A program made the translations under genes and the position numbers. The notes beneath the pieces are model-generated. The model was given only the letters and a program-made list of their open reading frames with translations. It had not been told where the DNA came from and made no database searches. From Eledone cirrhosa (Eukaryota), in NCBI GenBank assembly GCA_964016885.1, contig OZ024741.1:219976001-220040000 (forward strand): a stretch of 64,000 bases of DNA, written 5' to 3'. The stretch's first letter is position 1, and each line of letters begins with the position of its first letter. This document shows, piece after piece, positions 15,340-28,990 of this stretch.

Positions 15340-15745
15340 CTTGTGTATAATGGTAGCTATGGTGCTTCCATAGGCGGTATGCCAAAATTAGTACTCAGTA
15401 TTCATATAGAGTAGAGTGTGGATAGTATAAAAAAACGAAAAATCCGTGATGCATCTGGACTCAGTTTATTGCGTGTTACAATTGTTTCGCCGGCAGGTAG
15501 CTCGAGACATGATCACTGTATGAATCTGGCTGATTCTACGGCTGCAGGTTCCTTTGGACATGGATAGTTCGTTCGGAGCAAATTATTTGCTCCGAACGAA
15601 CTATCCGTGTCTGAAGGAACCTTCAGCAGTAGAATCAGCCAAATTCATACAGTGATCATGTCTCGAGCTACCTGCCGGCGAAACAATTGTAACACGCAAT
15701 AAACTGAGTCCAGATACATCACTGATTTTTCGTTTTTTATACTAT
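15340..15745. mobile_element. Fold-back pLTR insert
   Basis: Arms centred ~15584. CGTGT-CTGAAGG...GAAAC-AATT-GTA-ACACG. Tail on the left. Related to 21121-21260 and 23784-23850. Confidence 0.75.
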
Positions 15746-15763
15746 ATATATATATATATATAT

Positions 15764-18700
15764 AGTATTAATTATACTGTTTATGGTTATGCAAACACAA
15801 AAACCTTTTGCAGTTATATATATTTTTATAAACCCTAAATAGTGGTAGGCAGTAATATATTACTACCTTATTACCAGTAAGCTAAATAGCTCAATGTAAA
15901 AACATCAGATGATTTACAGAGCAGTTATATGAATTATAAGAATCAAAGAACTGTTCAAAACATTTTTATGCTTACAACTGTTTCCTCCAAACCGAGGTTT
16001 GGATTCTTCGGAGCAATTTATTATTGAATGAACACTTATATGACCTCCTTATCACCCAAGAGACATACAGATACATAAATTGTTCCGAAGAATCCAAACT
16101 TCGGTTTGGAGGAAACAGTTGTAAGCATAAAAATGTTTTGAACAGTTCTTTGATTCTTATAATTCATATAACTGCTCTCTAAATCATCTGATGTTTTTAC
16201 ATTGAGCTATTTAGCTTACTGGTAATAAGGTAGTAATATATTACTGCCTACCACTATTTAGGGTTTATAAAAATATATATAACTGCAAAAGGTTTTTGTA
16301 TTTGCATAACCATAAATAGTATAATTAATACTATTAACTGCTCCATACTGTTGAGCTGACATACAATAAATCACCAATATGCTAATCAAAGACCAACTCC
16401 CCATGTCAACCAAGAACATACCAATACCATCCAAGAATACATATGAGAAATTGCTGATCAACAGTGTAAATTCATTTATCAATAGAGTGATATGGAGGAC
16501 ATTCCATTATGATAGAAACAGATCTAACAATGTTAATTATAATAACAAATTTGACTCCTTCGGCTTTAAAACCTTTAAAAGCCCCCCTCATAACACACTA
16601 CTTAACTCCTTTGAAAATGACCTAGTAAAACTAGTTAAGAACATTAAATACAATAAGCACCGTAATAGAAGCAACACCTTCTTAAACAAACTTAACACCT
16701 CTATTAATGAATTCAAAACTAGTAATAAAATTATTGTACACGCAGATAAAACTAATAACATATACAGCCTGGATTGTAATACTTATAGAAAGTTTATATA
16801 TAATGAACTACATAAAAGCTACAAGAAAACCACTTTGAAAAACTTAGAGGATATTAATATAGAGGGATATAATATAGTGTCTAAACTAGGACTTCAGAGG
16901 CATACACAACCATACACCCCAAACCCCCCTAGATTCTCTCTGAAGGATCATAAGGAAGACTTCATTAGCAACCCCTCGATTAGACTTATCTGCCCTTCCA
17001 AGTCCGACATTGGTATTATCAGCAAGAAAATTTTAGATAAAATCATCCCACAAATTAAACACAAGATACACCTTAAACAATGGGGAAATACGGGTGAAGT
17101 TATTGAATGGTTCAAAGATATCAAGAATAATAAGGACAAAAGATTTATTCAATTTGATATCAATTCATACTACACCTCTATTTCCCCTATCCTATTAAAT
17201 AAGGCACTAATCATGGCCATGAACAATAGCGACCTGACTAGAGCCCAGATTGATGTCATCCTTGCGGCCCGTAAAACCATAATCACCTTCGATTCGAGGA
17301 CCAACTATGGACCCGCAAGGATACGCACAACAACTTCGACATAACCATGCGATCTAGTGACTCGGCGCAGGTCACTGAATTGGTCGGCCTATACCTACTT
17401 AATGAAATCCATAAGGACCTCCCTTACCTCAACGGTGGTTTGTACCGCGATGATGCACTTCTACTTATAGAATATAAAAACATTCAATATAGAAAGAATT
17501 AGAAAACTATTGCACAAGACATTCAAAAACTTTAACCTTAGTATCACCATGGACAAAAACACTAAAAATGTTAACTTCCTAGACGCCACACTATACCTAG
17601 ACTCAAAAATATATACACCTCTCCATAAGCCTAACGAAAAACTCATTTACGTGGATACCAAGTCTAATCACCCTAGATCAATATTAAACTCTATCTCTAA
17701 GGGCGTATCCAATAGAATCTCTAATCTATCCTATGACGCAAACATATTTAGCAAAAACTCACAATATTATAATCAAGCATTAGCTAGATCCGGCCATAAT
17801 ATAGAGATTGAGTTCCTACCTAAGAAAACACATAGCTACAACATCATCTCGCACAATATGTCCACGAGGAAACCTAATAATATGAATAGCAACCACACGT
17901 ACACTAAAGCGGAGGGTGCCACCAGAAGTAACCATTATCACGGAAACTACCGTAGTACCTTAGGAAGAAACAACACACCAGACACTAAAAACAAAAATAG
18001 AAGAAGAAATAATACATTTTTCAACCCTCCTTTCAACCTAAATGTCTCCACCGACATACCTAGGGCTTTCTTCTCACTACTAGATAAAAACTTCCCTCTA
18101 GGACACAAGTACCATAACATTTTAAACAAAAACACTATTAAAATCTCATAGTCTACGACGCCTAACTTAGCATACCACATAGCTAGCAGCAATAAAAGTA
18201 AAATTAATTCTTACTTCCAACAAACGAAATCACAACAGGAGGTAAACCTTCTAAATACCTCTGTAGCAAGCAACCATAATAAAGGCAGTAATAATAGAAA
18301 TAACAATAGTATAAGAAATAACACCGGGGTCGACAACCCGAATGTCCAAAATCCTATAGCTACCACCCGGACTTCTGCACTGCATTATAACCAGCAGACT
18401 AACACCCAGGATAATTGTAACTGTAGATCTAATAGAACCTGCCCTTTAGATAAAAAATGCCTAACCAAGGATATCATATACTCATGCACCGTCACAACTA
18501 GCAACTCTTCAGAAACCTATATAGGTTCCACTTCTAACTGCTTCAAAATCAGATATAATTCGCACATCCACTCGTTCAAAAAGCACAGTCTAGCCAACTC
18601 CACCTCACTATCTAGCTACATACACTATCTATAAACTAAAAATAAACCTTACACACTCAAATGGGAAGTGATAGGTAGCGCGACTTCGTACAAACCACCT

Positions 18701-20358
18701 AATAAATTTTGTAACCTCTGTATACTAGAGACCCACAATATTATCTTCTCTAACCGTAACATACTTAACAAAAAATCTGAAGTGTTTGCAACTTGCCAGC
18801 ACCGCTTCAGACATTCCTTCCAAAACTTTAAGCCCAATATATAGCAATGTCGGACTTGAACCAAACACCACCTCTAGCATCAAAGACCAGGGGCACACCT
18901 TATACAACATCCCCAACACTCATTGATCTAATATAACACAAATCGCGACATCCCTCTGGAACCCTTCACAGGGGGAACACTCCTTTGTACTTCTACTTTA
19001 GGTGTGACAACATCCACTTGCTTGAACTGCACTACACCACTTTATAGTTATTTTAAGCATTGAGTTGATTGTATTGTTGGTGCTGTGCGGAGGAAGTGCC
19101 ATCGGTGGACAACTGAAAAACTAATTAATCTAGTAACGTTGATGAGCTGTATGACCGGTATGCTGAGTGCAGTGAATGAATGTATTGCAAGTGGCGTATG
19201 GGTTGTACATATATGTGTGATTTGATGATCAGATTGGAGTCATGAGGACTGTGGATTGACCTCTGGTCGGCCCTGGTAATGATTATCTTTCGACATCCAA
19301 TGTAGCAGCACTGACCCAGAACTTACCGGAGATCATTGTGTGTTGAAGTGATTTTGCAATCACCTTGCCTGGTTCTTTGAGTAGACTGCAATCACAGAGA
19401 TCATTAATTTAGAATCCTCGCTCGTCGTGTATAATATTCATTTGTGGCACTCTGCGATGGGTGTTAATCACCATAATAAGAACACCTTCAGCACAACTTA
19501 ATAGACTACTCTATAGTTAAAACACTTTAAATTTTTAGAAATTTTTTAGAAACTGCGCATAACCATATAAGTTAGGGTCTATTTTGAGACACAATTTAAT
19601 AGTTAGTAATAGAAACCACTGAGTTACCTCCCCTCATGCATTAACCCCCCTTAGCCACACACACACTTCCGGGTAGTATTTCGATGTCGATTCTCGCAAC
19701 GTAACATCCTCCTGTATTGAGCTAAAGAACATCAGACCACGATTCTCTAACTGGATTGTCAAACGCCCAATATCGAATCGTCGTGGATTATGTGAGGAGC
19801 ATATAATCTGAAAAATACGCTCCTCAGACTATGAAAATGTCGCAGTGCATGAAATCTATATCATCGCTTCGCTACGCACTTCCAATATTTTTAATGCTTA
19901 CACTATTTTTAATACTTATATTATTTCTCCACGCACAGACTATAACAATCATATAAAGAATTCATCACCAGATCAACCACCTTAACACTCTCGATTACCT
20001 GCTTAAGTGCTTCTATTACACGTAACTCACTGCCACACTATATAAACAAGACGAACGTGCTTGCCACACATATAACCTTTGCACTATATAACCGCTTAAT
20101 TTCATGTGGTATTTTAACCTGTATTTTCGATTGTATCTTTTAATATGAATGTAATTTCTAAGTGTGTACTGCCACACTAAATGCTATAATGAATGTTGAC
20201 CCACAATATTTGCATATGTATCTGTATGTCTTTTGGGTGATAAGGAGGTCATATAAGTGTTCATTCAATAATAAATTGCTCCGAAGAATCCAAACCTCGG
20301 TTTGGAGGAAACAGTTGTAAGCATAAAAATGTTTTGAACAGTTCTTTGATTCTCATAA

Positions 20359-20363
<5 letters not shown>
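15764..20363 (+). mobile_element. Apparently full-length but decayed PLE: inverted arm, pLTR, 5' UTR, RT-GIY-YIG ORF, ~1.4-kb 3' UTR, pLTR
   Basis: Direct pLTR copies at ~16077-16170 and ~20272-20363, each with CCGAAGA-ATCCAAAC/GTTTGGAG-GAAAC-AGTT-GTA. Inverted arm at 15764-16076. Confidence 0.9.
16379..18845 (+). pseudogene. PLE reverse transcriptase + C-terminal GIY-YIG endonuclease (frameshifts and stops)
   Basis: ADKT, LKDHK..RLICP, FDINSYYTSI, GLYRDD (17437-17454), NFLD, CNCR..CPL..CL, IIY..YIG, CNLC..E. Frameshifts ~17300 and ~17470, stop at 18149. Confidence 0.9.
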
Positions 20364-20396
<33 letters not shown>

Positions 20397-20510
20397 GTTT
20401 AATATAGAAATGGCTTCTACAGGACTAGAATTATCTCATTCAACTGAAATCATCTCACTCTACTAAAGTATTGAGTAGTTAAGTTACATTGGTTACCCCC
20501 GATTGAACTC

Positions 20511-20587
<77 letters not shown>

Positions 20588-20616
20588 CATACATACATAT
20601 ATATAGATAATTATAT

Positions 20617-20663
<47 letters not shown>

Positions 20664-22237
20664 AATATAAATTAGCGAGAATCGTATTTCAGCTCAGGAA
20701 TTAACGAAAATCAACGTCCGATATGTGTGGCAAGCGCTCGATGATTCATGTGAATCAGAGCTACAACATACGTTAAGGGCCAAACACACTGAGATGATGG
20801 TTAAACAGATCATCCACACAGCCAAAACAAACGACCAAGTAATTCGGGTCAAACAATAAAAAATATATGTGTTGATAATTTACCCGGACCCTGGACTGAT
20901 GGTAAAATCCAGTATTTGGTTTCTGCGACTCCAAAATCAGGTACTGTCCGCCTACATAAAGAATGTTGGGCTTCTGGTAAGGTGATTGAACAAGGAAGCC
21001 GTGTTATCAACGGGTTTTTGCTCCAAAATGCTATACATAAGTGTGGCTATTACTGACACCACGTGGAGTTCAGCAAGGGGGGGCAACACCTATATTAGGC
21101 GAATGATTCAGTATATATATAATATGGAAAACGAAGAATCAGTGATGCATCGGAACACAATTTATTAACATATTACAATTGTTTCTCCGGCGAACAGCTC
21201 GAGGTGCGATCTATTTGTGGATAGAACCTGACTCTGGATTCGCAAGTTCCTCCGATACGTCTAGTGACTTCGAAGCAAACCCTCTCTCTGTTTGACTCCG
21301 ACCGTTTGAATTTCTTTCATCTGCCATCATATTGTTTGCCTGGCCCATCCATTGGTCAACAGCTCGAGGCGTCATATGTATCTTTGACCATTCAAAACTG
21401 CCCACTGACCATTTCCATTCAGACGTGAGCTGTCACTCACCTTAATTCTGTCGCCAGAATTATTGCTACATGGGCATGGGGTTCTGATCTGCCTTGCCTG
21501 ACCCCAGCTTGCCCGCAGCCCGACACACACACACACACACCCACATACACGTGTGCTCACACACACATTCCGAGGTCTTGATCACACACTTATCTGTGCG
21601 AACATACACACAGACACACACCCGCGCGTACGCTCACGCGCATGCACGTACACATGCATATATTCACGCGCATTCACGTACACATGCATATATTCACACC
21701 CTCATATAGAGGTACATGCATACACAGATATACGCACACATGTACACATACACGGACCCACACATATACATATATATATCTATATGCACACACATATATA
21801 TATATATACACATATATACACACATATCCATATACCCGCGTGTACGCACGCACACAACCAAGCCTACTCATATATCTTTATATATATATATATATATATA
21901 TACCCACACACACACATATACATATATGCACCCTTATGTACGCATGTACATATGCACCCTTATGTACCCACGGACATAGGCACACACGCACACACATATA
22001 TATATAATTACAGACACTCACAACTGTGCGTGTGTGTATACATGTCCCTACGTGCACTCTTGCACAAGTTTACACACATTGCAGTTTATACTTATATAGA
22101 CACACATTCATGTACACCTTACGTAAGGTGTCTTAGGGTGTTAACTTGAGATACTCCACATACAAACCACATATAAACAAATTACATTTGAAAAGAAAAT
22201 GTACAAAAATACTTAGAAAGTACATAAAAATACATAT

Positions 22238-22422
22238 AATTGTTTCTACATTTGGCACAAGGTCAGCAATTACCCCAGTGCATTACTGGTACTTCATTTT
22301 ATCGACCCCGTAAGGATGAAAGGCAAAGTTAACCTCGGCGGGATTTGAACTCAGAATGGCAAGGGCCGTGACTCTATGCTGGAAAGCATGGCGTCCGACC
22401 TTCTACCGATACTGCCAATCCA
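22238..22422 (-). mobile_element. tRNA-derived SINE
   Basis: Same family as 5518-5732. Confidence 0.85.
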
Positions 22423-22559
22423 TAATGGTGTACATCAAGGAATACACAAAGAAAATTTACGTAAAGAAATACGTAAAAAAAACAAAAAAATGCATATAAG
22501 GAATACGTCAAAAAATGCACGCAACATCTCACGTAGCAAAATATACGTATAACCAAAGT

Positions 22560-22975
22560 TAATATGGTTCATTGATTACTCAATGAATACAGTTTTACAA
22601 TAGATTAAAAGCACTCAACAGTTATTTTCCTGGAGATTTTAATATTATTCAAAATATTAACAAATGAAGAGATTCACATAATCAAAATATATGATTTATT
22701 ATATATATTTCGAAGGTACTGTGTTGTTTTTTCAGTACGTCCTCGTCAGATAAGATATATGATTTGATATATGACATGCCTCTACGGTCTTGATATTTCA
22801 ATGCCAATACTGGAATTGAAATATCAAGACCGTAGAGGTATGTCACATATCAAATCATATTTTATCTGACGAGGACGTACTGAAAAAACAACACAGTACC
22901 TTCAAAATATATATAATAAAGCATATATTTTGATTATGTAAATCTCTTCATTTGTTGATATTTTGAATAATATAT
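22560..22975. mobile_element. Fold-back pLTR insert with HHR motif
   Basis: Arms centred ~22808. CTGACGA at 22866 with GTACTG/CAGTAC stem. Tail on the left. Confidence 0.75.
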
Positions 22976-23027
22976 ACGTATATGCAGACACACTTTGATG
23001 TACACGTTGTGTGTGGTGGCTTAGGGT

Positions 23028-23809
23028 GAAACAATTGTAATACGTTAATAAATAGAAACAATTGTAATACGTTAATAAATAGAAACAATTGTAATACGTT
23101 AATAAATAGAAACAATTGTAGTACGTTAATAAATAGAAACAATTGTAATACGTTAATAAATAGAAACAATTGTAATACGTTAATAAATAGAAACAATTGT
23201 AATACGTTAATAAATAGAAATAATTGTAATACGTTAATAAATAGAAACAATTGTAATACGTTAATAAATAGAAACAATTGTAATACGTTAATAAATAGAA
23301 ACAATTGTAATACGTTAATAAATAGAAACAATTGCAATACGTTAATAAATAGAAACAATTGTAATACGTTAATAAATAGAAACAATTGTAATACGTTAAT
23401 AAATAGAAACAATTGTAATACGTTAATAAATAGAAACAATTGTAGTACGTTAATAAATAGAAACAATTGTAATACGTTAATAAATAGAAACAATTGTAAT
23501 ACGTTAATAAATAGAAACAATTGTAATACGTTAATAAATAGAAACAATTGTAATACGTTAATAAATAGAAACAATTGTAATACGTTAATAAATAGAAACA
23601 ATTGTAGTACGTTAATAAATAGAAACAATTGTAATACGTTAATAAATAGAAACAATTGTAATACGTTAATAAATAGAAACAATTGTAATACGTTAATAAA
23701 TAGAAACAATTGTAATACGTTAATAAATAGAAACAATTGTAATACGTTAATAAATAGAAACAATTGTAATACGTTAATAAATAGAAACAATTGTAATACG
23801 TTAATAAAT
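23028..23809 (+). repeat. 27-bp minisatellite, ~29 near-identical copies (GAAACAATTGTAATACGTTAATAAATA)
   Basis: Direct inspection; produces the spurious LFLFINVLQ ORF. Confidence 0.97.
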
Positions 23810-24339
23810 TGTGCTTCGATGCATGACTGATTCTTCGTTTTCCGTATTATTATACTTTGCTCTGAAGGAGCATAGAGTGCACAATCGGCATACCGCCTAT
23901 GGCCGCATCCAAGAAAACCTTACTAAAAAATATATATATATATATATATTATGGATTCCAGATATAAGGTATGACTCTCTTTATTATTATTACTTTTTAT
24001 ATGAAATACTGATTGATCTTCCTTGTATCCCATGTCTGATTTAGCCTTAGAGAATAGCTATATGTATATATGGGTGATCCATACATGTATTTATTATGTT
24101 TTAATATCTCTGTGTATGCATTGATTGGGTATACATGAGGTTATTCTTTTAAATTTCCAATTGAGTTCTTATACACGTGGTTAATACCTAACAGGTTTAA
24201 ATGACCAGCGTGTATATTGTTTTATTTTAAGATGACCTCCCTTTACCCTTTTGGGGACAGCGTGTATTTTTATTTGGGGGGACTGCTGTATTTTAATCTA
24301 CCAATCTCTTCTTAGCGCTGAGGGAGACCATCACCATCC

Positions 24340-24520
24340 TGTTAATGTTGATATAGTTCTTATATCGATATTACTTGGGCATCAACTGATGAGTTTATAA
24401 GTGCCGTCTTGTGTATAAAACTATGGATTATATACAAGTTTCTACATAACCTAGAAATTATTTTCCCAAATTGTAGAAATCTCATAACGAAACGGCCGTC
24501 TGGAAGAAATTAGATATTTA
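24340..24520 (+). mobile_element. pLTR with extended-stem-II HHR (antisense copy at ~62105-62305)
   Basis: CTGATGA(24386)...ATAAC-GAAAC-GGCC-GTC-TGGA. Confidence 0.7.
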
Positions 24521-24829
24521 TTTTATAATTGTTTCTACTTTAGGCACAAGGCCAGCAATTACCCAGTGCATTACTGGGTAATTGTTTTGCTCAAGAACTC
24601 AACACACAACCTAGTCAGGGAATTGAACCCACGACATTATGATCGAAAGTCCAACACATTTAGCACTAGGCCATGCACCTCCAGATGAGTGAACATAAAA
24701 TATATGTCTTGCCCTTGGGCACAACGCACCGCTAGGAATCGAACTCATGAGGTTTTGGTTGTGAGCTGAACGCTAAGATTTGCCAATAAGTCTTCAATCT
24801 TCACAGAGACACACGCACTGAAACAAACA

Positions 24830-25850
24830 TACATGTACAGACAGACACACGTATAGAAACATACATACACAGACTGACATTCCCATAGACAACTGGACAC
24901 ACATATAGAGAAACATATATACAGACAGTCACACGTATAGAAACACACATACACAGACTGACATTCCCATAGACAACTGGACACACATATAAAGAAACAT
25001 ATATACAGACAGACAAACGTATAGAAACACACATACACAGACTGACATTCCCATAGACAACTGGACACACATATAAAGAAACATATATACAGACAGACAG
25101 ACGTATAGAAACACACATACACAGACTGACATTCCCATAGACAACTGGACACACATATAAAGAAACATATATACAGACAGACAAACGTATAGAAACACAC
25201 ATACACAGACTGACATTCCCATAGACAACTGCACACACATATAGAGAAACATATATACAGACAGACACACGTATAGAAACACACATACACAGACTGACAT
25301 TCCCATAGACAACTGGACACACATATAGAGAAACATATATACAGACAGACACACGTATAGAAACACACATACACAGACTGACATTCCCATAGACAACTGG
25401 ACACACATATAGAGAAACATATATACAGACAGACACACGTATAGAAACACACATACACAGACTGACATTCCCATAGACAACTGGACACACATATAGAGAA
25501 ACATATATACAGACAGACACACGTATAGAAACACACATACACAGACTGACATTCCCATAGACAACTGGACACACATATAGAGAAACATATATACAGACAG
25601 ACAGACGTATAGAAACACACATACACAGACTGACATTCCCATAGACAACTGGACACACATATAGAGAAACATATATACAGACAGACAGACGTATAGAAAC
25701 ACACATACACAGACTGACATTCCCATAGACAACTGGACACACATATAGAGAAACATATATACAGACAGACACACGTATAGAAACACACACACACAGACTG
25801 ACATTCCCATAGACAGCTGGACACACATATAGAGAAACATATATACAGAC
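24830..25850. repeat. 84-bp CA-rich minisatellite, ~12 copies
   Basis: Lines 24841 and 25261 are in phase (420 = 5 x 84); 28-aa periodic ORFs. Confidence 0.95.
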
Positions 25851-26148
25851 ACGCACAACATACATATACACACTTATAAACATATAGACACAAACAAATA
25901 CACACACACATACCCACACACACACACATATACACACACACATACACATACACACATACACAGACACACACACTCACATACATACCCACTCACCCACACA
26001 CATACACACATACATACACACACACACACATATATATCCCGGACGAACCCTACTTTTCAAGGGCTGTGCCCCAGCATGGCCTCAGCCGGATGGCTAGAAC
26101 AGGTAAAAGAGTACATACATACATACATAGAGAGAGAGATAGAGATAG

Positions 26149-26218
<70 letters not shown>

Positions 26219-27245
26219 AAGAACCGCTTTACGAGGATTGGCTGAAAAGTTCATAGGCTGATTAGGAAGGAGTGATGCTAGAGCTGTGAAATCTTGCATG
26301 TATTAATTTCAACTCTTCTTATTAATAACTACATTGTTTCTTTCCAGGGACTATGTTGAAAAATAAACTTCTTTTGGTCATTCCATGACAGTATCTTGGT
26401 CAGCCATTGAACTTGTCAGCCGACCCTCGTACATATAGACATAGAGTGACACACACACATACACATATATACACACACATACACATAGACAGACACTGAC
26501 ATATACATAGACACACACACACACATAGACACACACACACATACACATAGACAGAGACACACACATACACATAGACAGAGACACACACACATACACATAG
26601 ACAGAGGCACACACATACATACACACACATACACATAGACACACACACACACACTTAGACACACACATACACATAGACAGGCACACATGCATAGACATAC
26701 AGACAAACATACACATAGATAGACACATACATACACACAAACAAATACACATACACATAGACACACACACACGCGCACATACACATAGAGAGACTCACAC
26801 ACATACACACACAGACACACGCATATACATAGGCACACACGCATATACACACACATACACAAAGACACACACAGACCGACGCACATACATACACACAGAC
26901 ACACACACATACATACACAGACAGACATAGACACACCCAAACACACAAAACCAGTATATATCTGTTGACCATATTTTACCTGTAGCTTGTGAGGTTACCT
27001 GGAGTAAATTATTTAATACACTCATCTTGATTAACTATCAAGTTTGGTATTATGTCTGATCTGGAAGATTCTTTTTATTGAACAGTCAATGCAGTAGTCC
27101 CTCCCAGTTTGGTCAGATTGATAATTCAATTGATGATTGATAATTGATGATTGCTCATTGATGTTAACCTTAAAAATATTCTAGACAAGGACGTCGGCCT
27201 TAAAACAGCGTGGTTGAGGTCCTCGTACAAAACTGTTTATACAAG

Positions 27246-27856
27246 AACAGAACATACTTATTAAAGGGAACAAAACATATAGGAATTGAAAAGAAGGGAT
27301 CAAGCAACAAACGAAACAGAACAGGGATCAAGCAACAAACGAAACAATACAAGGATCAAGCAACAAGCGTTAACAGAACATACTTATTAAAGGGAACAAA
27401 ACATATAGGAACTGAAAAGAAGGAATCCAGCAACAAACGAAACATTACAGGGATCAAGCAACAAGCGTAACAGAACATACTTATTAAAGGGAACAAAACA
27501 TATAGGAACTGAAAAGAAGGGATCAAGCAACAAACGAAACAGAACAGGGATCAAGCAACAAACGAAACAGAACAGGGATCAAGCAACAAACGTAACAGAA
27601 CATACTTATTAAAGGGAACAAAACATATAGGAACTGAAAAGAAGGGATCAAGCAACAAACGAAACAGAACAGGGATCAAGCAACAAACGTAACAGAACAT
27701 ACTTATTAAAGGGAACAAAACATAGAGGAACTGAAAAGAAGGGATCAAGCAACAAACGAAACAAAACAGGGATCAAGCAACAAACGTAACAGAACATACT
27801 TATTAAAGGGAACAAAACATAGAGGAACTGAAAAGAAGGGATCAAACAACAAACGA
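27246..27856. repeat. Composite ~97-126-bp tandem repeat (6 copies) with internal ~25-bp subrepeat
   Basis: AACAGAACATACTTATTAAAGGG recurs six times; GGGATCAAGCAACAAACG subunit. Confidence 0.9.
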
Positions 27857-28467
27857 CAGGGAAAGGGGGAGGGAGAGACAGTCACTACACGCCAGACTTT
27901 GCAGTGCTTCAGCCGCGCCCCGTGGACAAAATGGCAAAGGCGTTACCACGAAGAAAGGACAGAGACACCCGCTGCAACGGCCACCCCACCACACGGGGCT
28001 CCCTAATCCTGTGGATCACCGTCTTTCTGTCTGTCATTCAGAGGAAATCAGCAGTGCGAGGACCAAGGACTCCAGAAATCTCGACAGCGACAAGTACAAA
28101 GAGAAAGGGGTCCGTATTTTACTATACATATAATGTACATTCATGTTTTAAAGCATGTGGGAGTGCGCATGTGTGTATGTGTATGTGTGTATGTGTGTGT
28201 GTGAGTGTGTGTAGAAGTGCACCCGTGTGTATGTGTGTGTAGGCGTGCGCATGTGTCTATGTGTATGTGTGTAGAAGTGCGCCCGTCTGTATGTGTGTGT
28301 AGGCGTGCGCACATGTGTATGTGCATGTGTGTTTGTGAAGGCGTGCGCATGTGTATATGGGCATGTATGTGTGTGTAGGCGTGCGCAAGTGTGTATGTGT
28401 ATGTATGTTTGTGAAGGCGTACACACAATTGTTGGCCTTGTACCTAAAACAGAAACCATTATTATTA

Positions 28468-28625
28468 TTGTATCGGTAGAGCCTCGGACAACATGTTTCA
28501 TGGCATAGAGTTACGACCCTTTATGATCTGAGTTCAAATCCCGCCGAGGTTAACTTTGCCTTTCATCCTTACGGGGTCAATAAACTAAAGTACCAGTCAC
28601 GCACTGGGGGTCGATTTAACCGACT
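28468..28625 (+). mobile_element. tRNA-derived SINE
   Basis: GTATCGGTAGAG...GAGTTCAAATCCCGCCGAGG...GGGGTC. Confidence 0.8.
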
Positions 28626-28799
28626 ATCATATTAAAAAATTGGTTAAAATACCGTTCGACATTTCTAGTTTCATTGCTTTTTATTGTCGTCGTTCACCTG
28701 TATTGGCAGCAGCTGTAATCTGGGAAATATTAAAACCAACGGAAAGTAGAACACTTGAGATGGGAATATAGAAGTTTGAAGTAGAAGATATTAGAAATA

Positions 28800-28990
28800 A
28801 TTGTTTCTACTTTTAGGCACAAGGCAAGCAAATTACCCAGTGCATTACTGGTACTTTTATTTTATCGAACCCGTAAGGATGAAAGGCAAAGTCAACCTCG
28901 GCAAGATTTGAACTCAGATTGTAAAGGGACGTAACTATGCCGGAAAGGATGGCGTCCGATCCTCCACCGATACTGCCAATCCACCGCCTT
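28800..28990 (-). mobile_element. tRNA-derived SINE with ~20-bp target-site duplication
   Basis: TAGAAGATATTAGAAATAAT at 28782 and 28991. Confidence 0.88.

Noticed and set aside
22948-23790. 280-aa LFLFINVLQ repeat ORF
   Set aside because: Stop-free frame of a 27-bp satellite derived from non-coding pLTR sequence.
24745-25989. 414/390/314-aa Cys-rich ORFs
   Set aside because: All three minus frames are open because of an 84-bp CA-rich tandem repeat.
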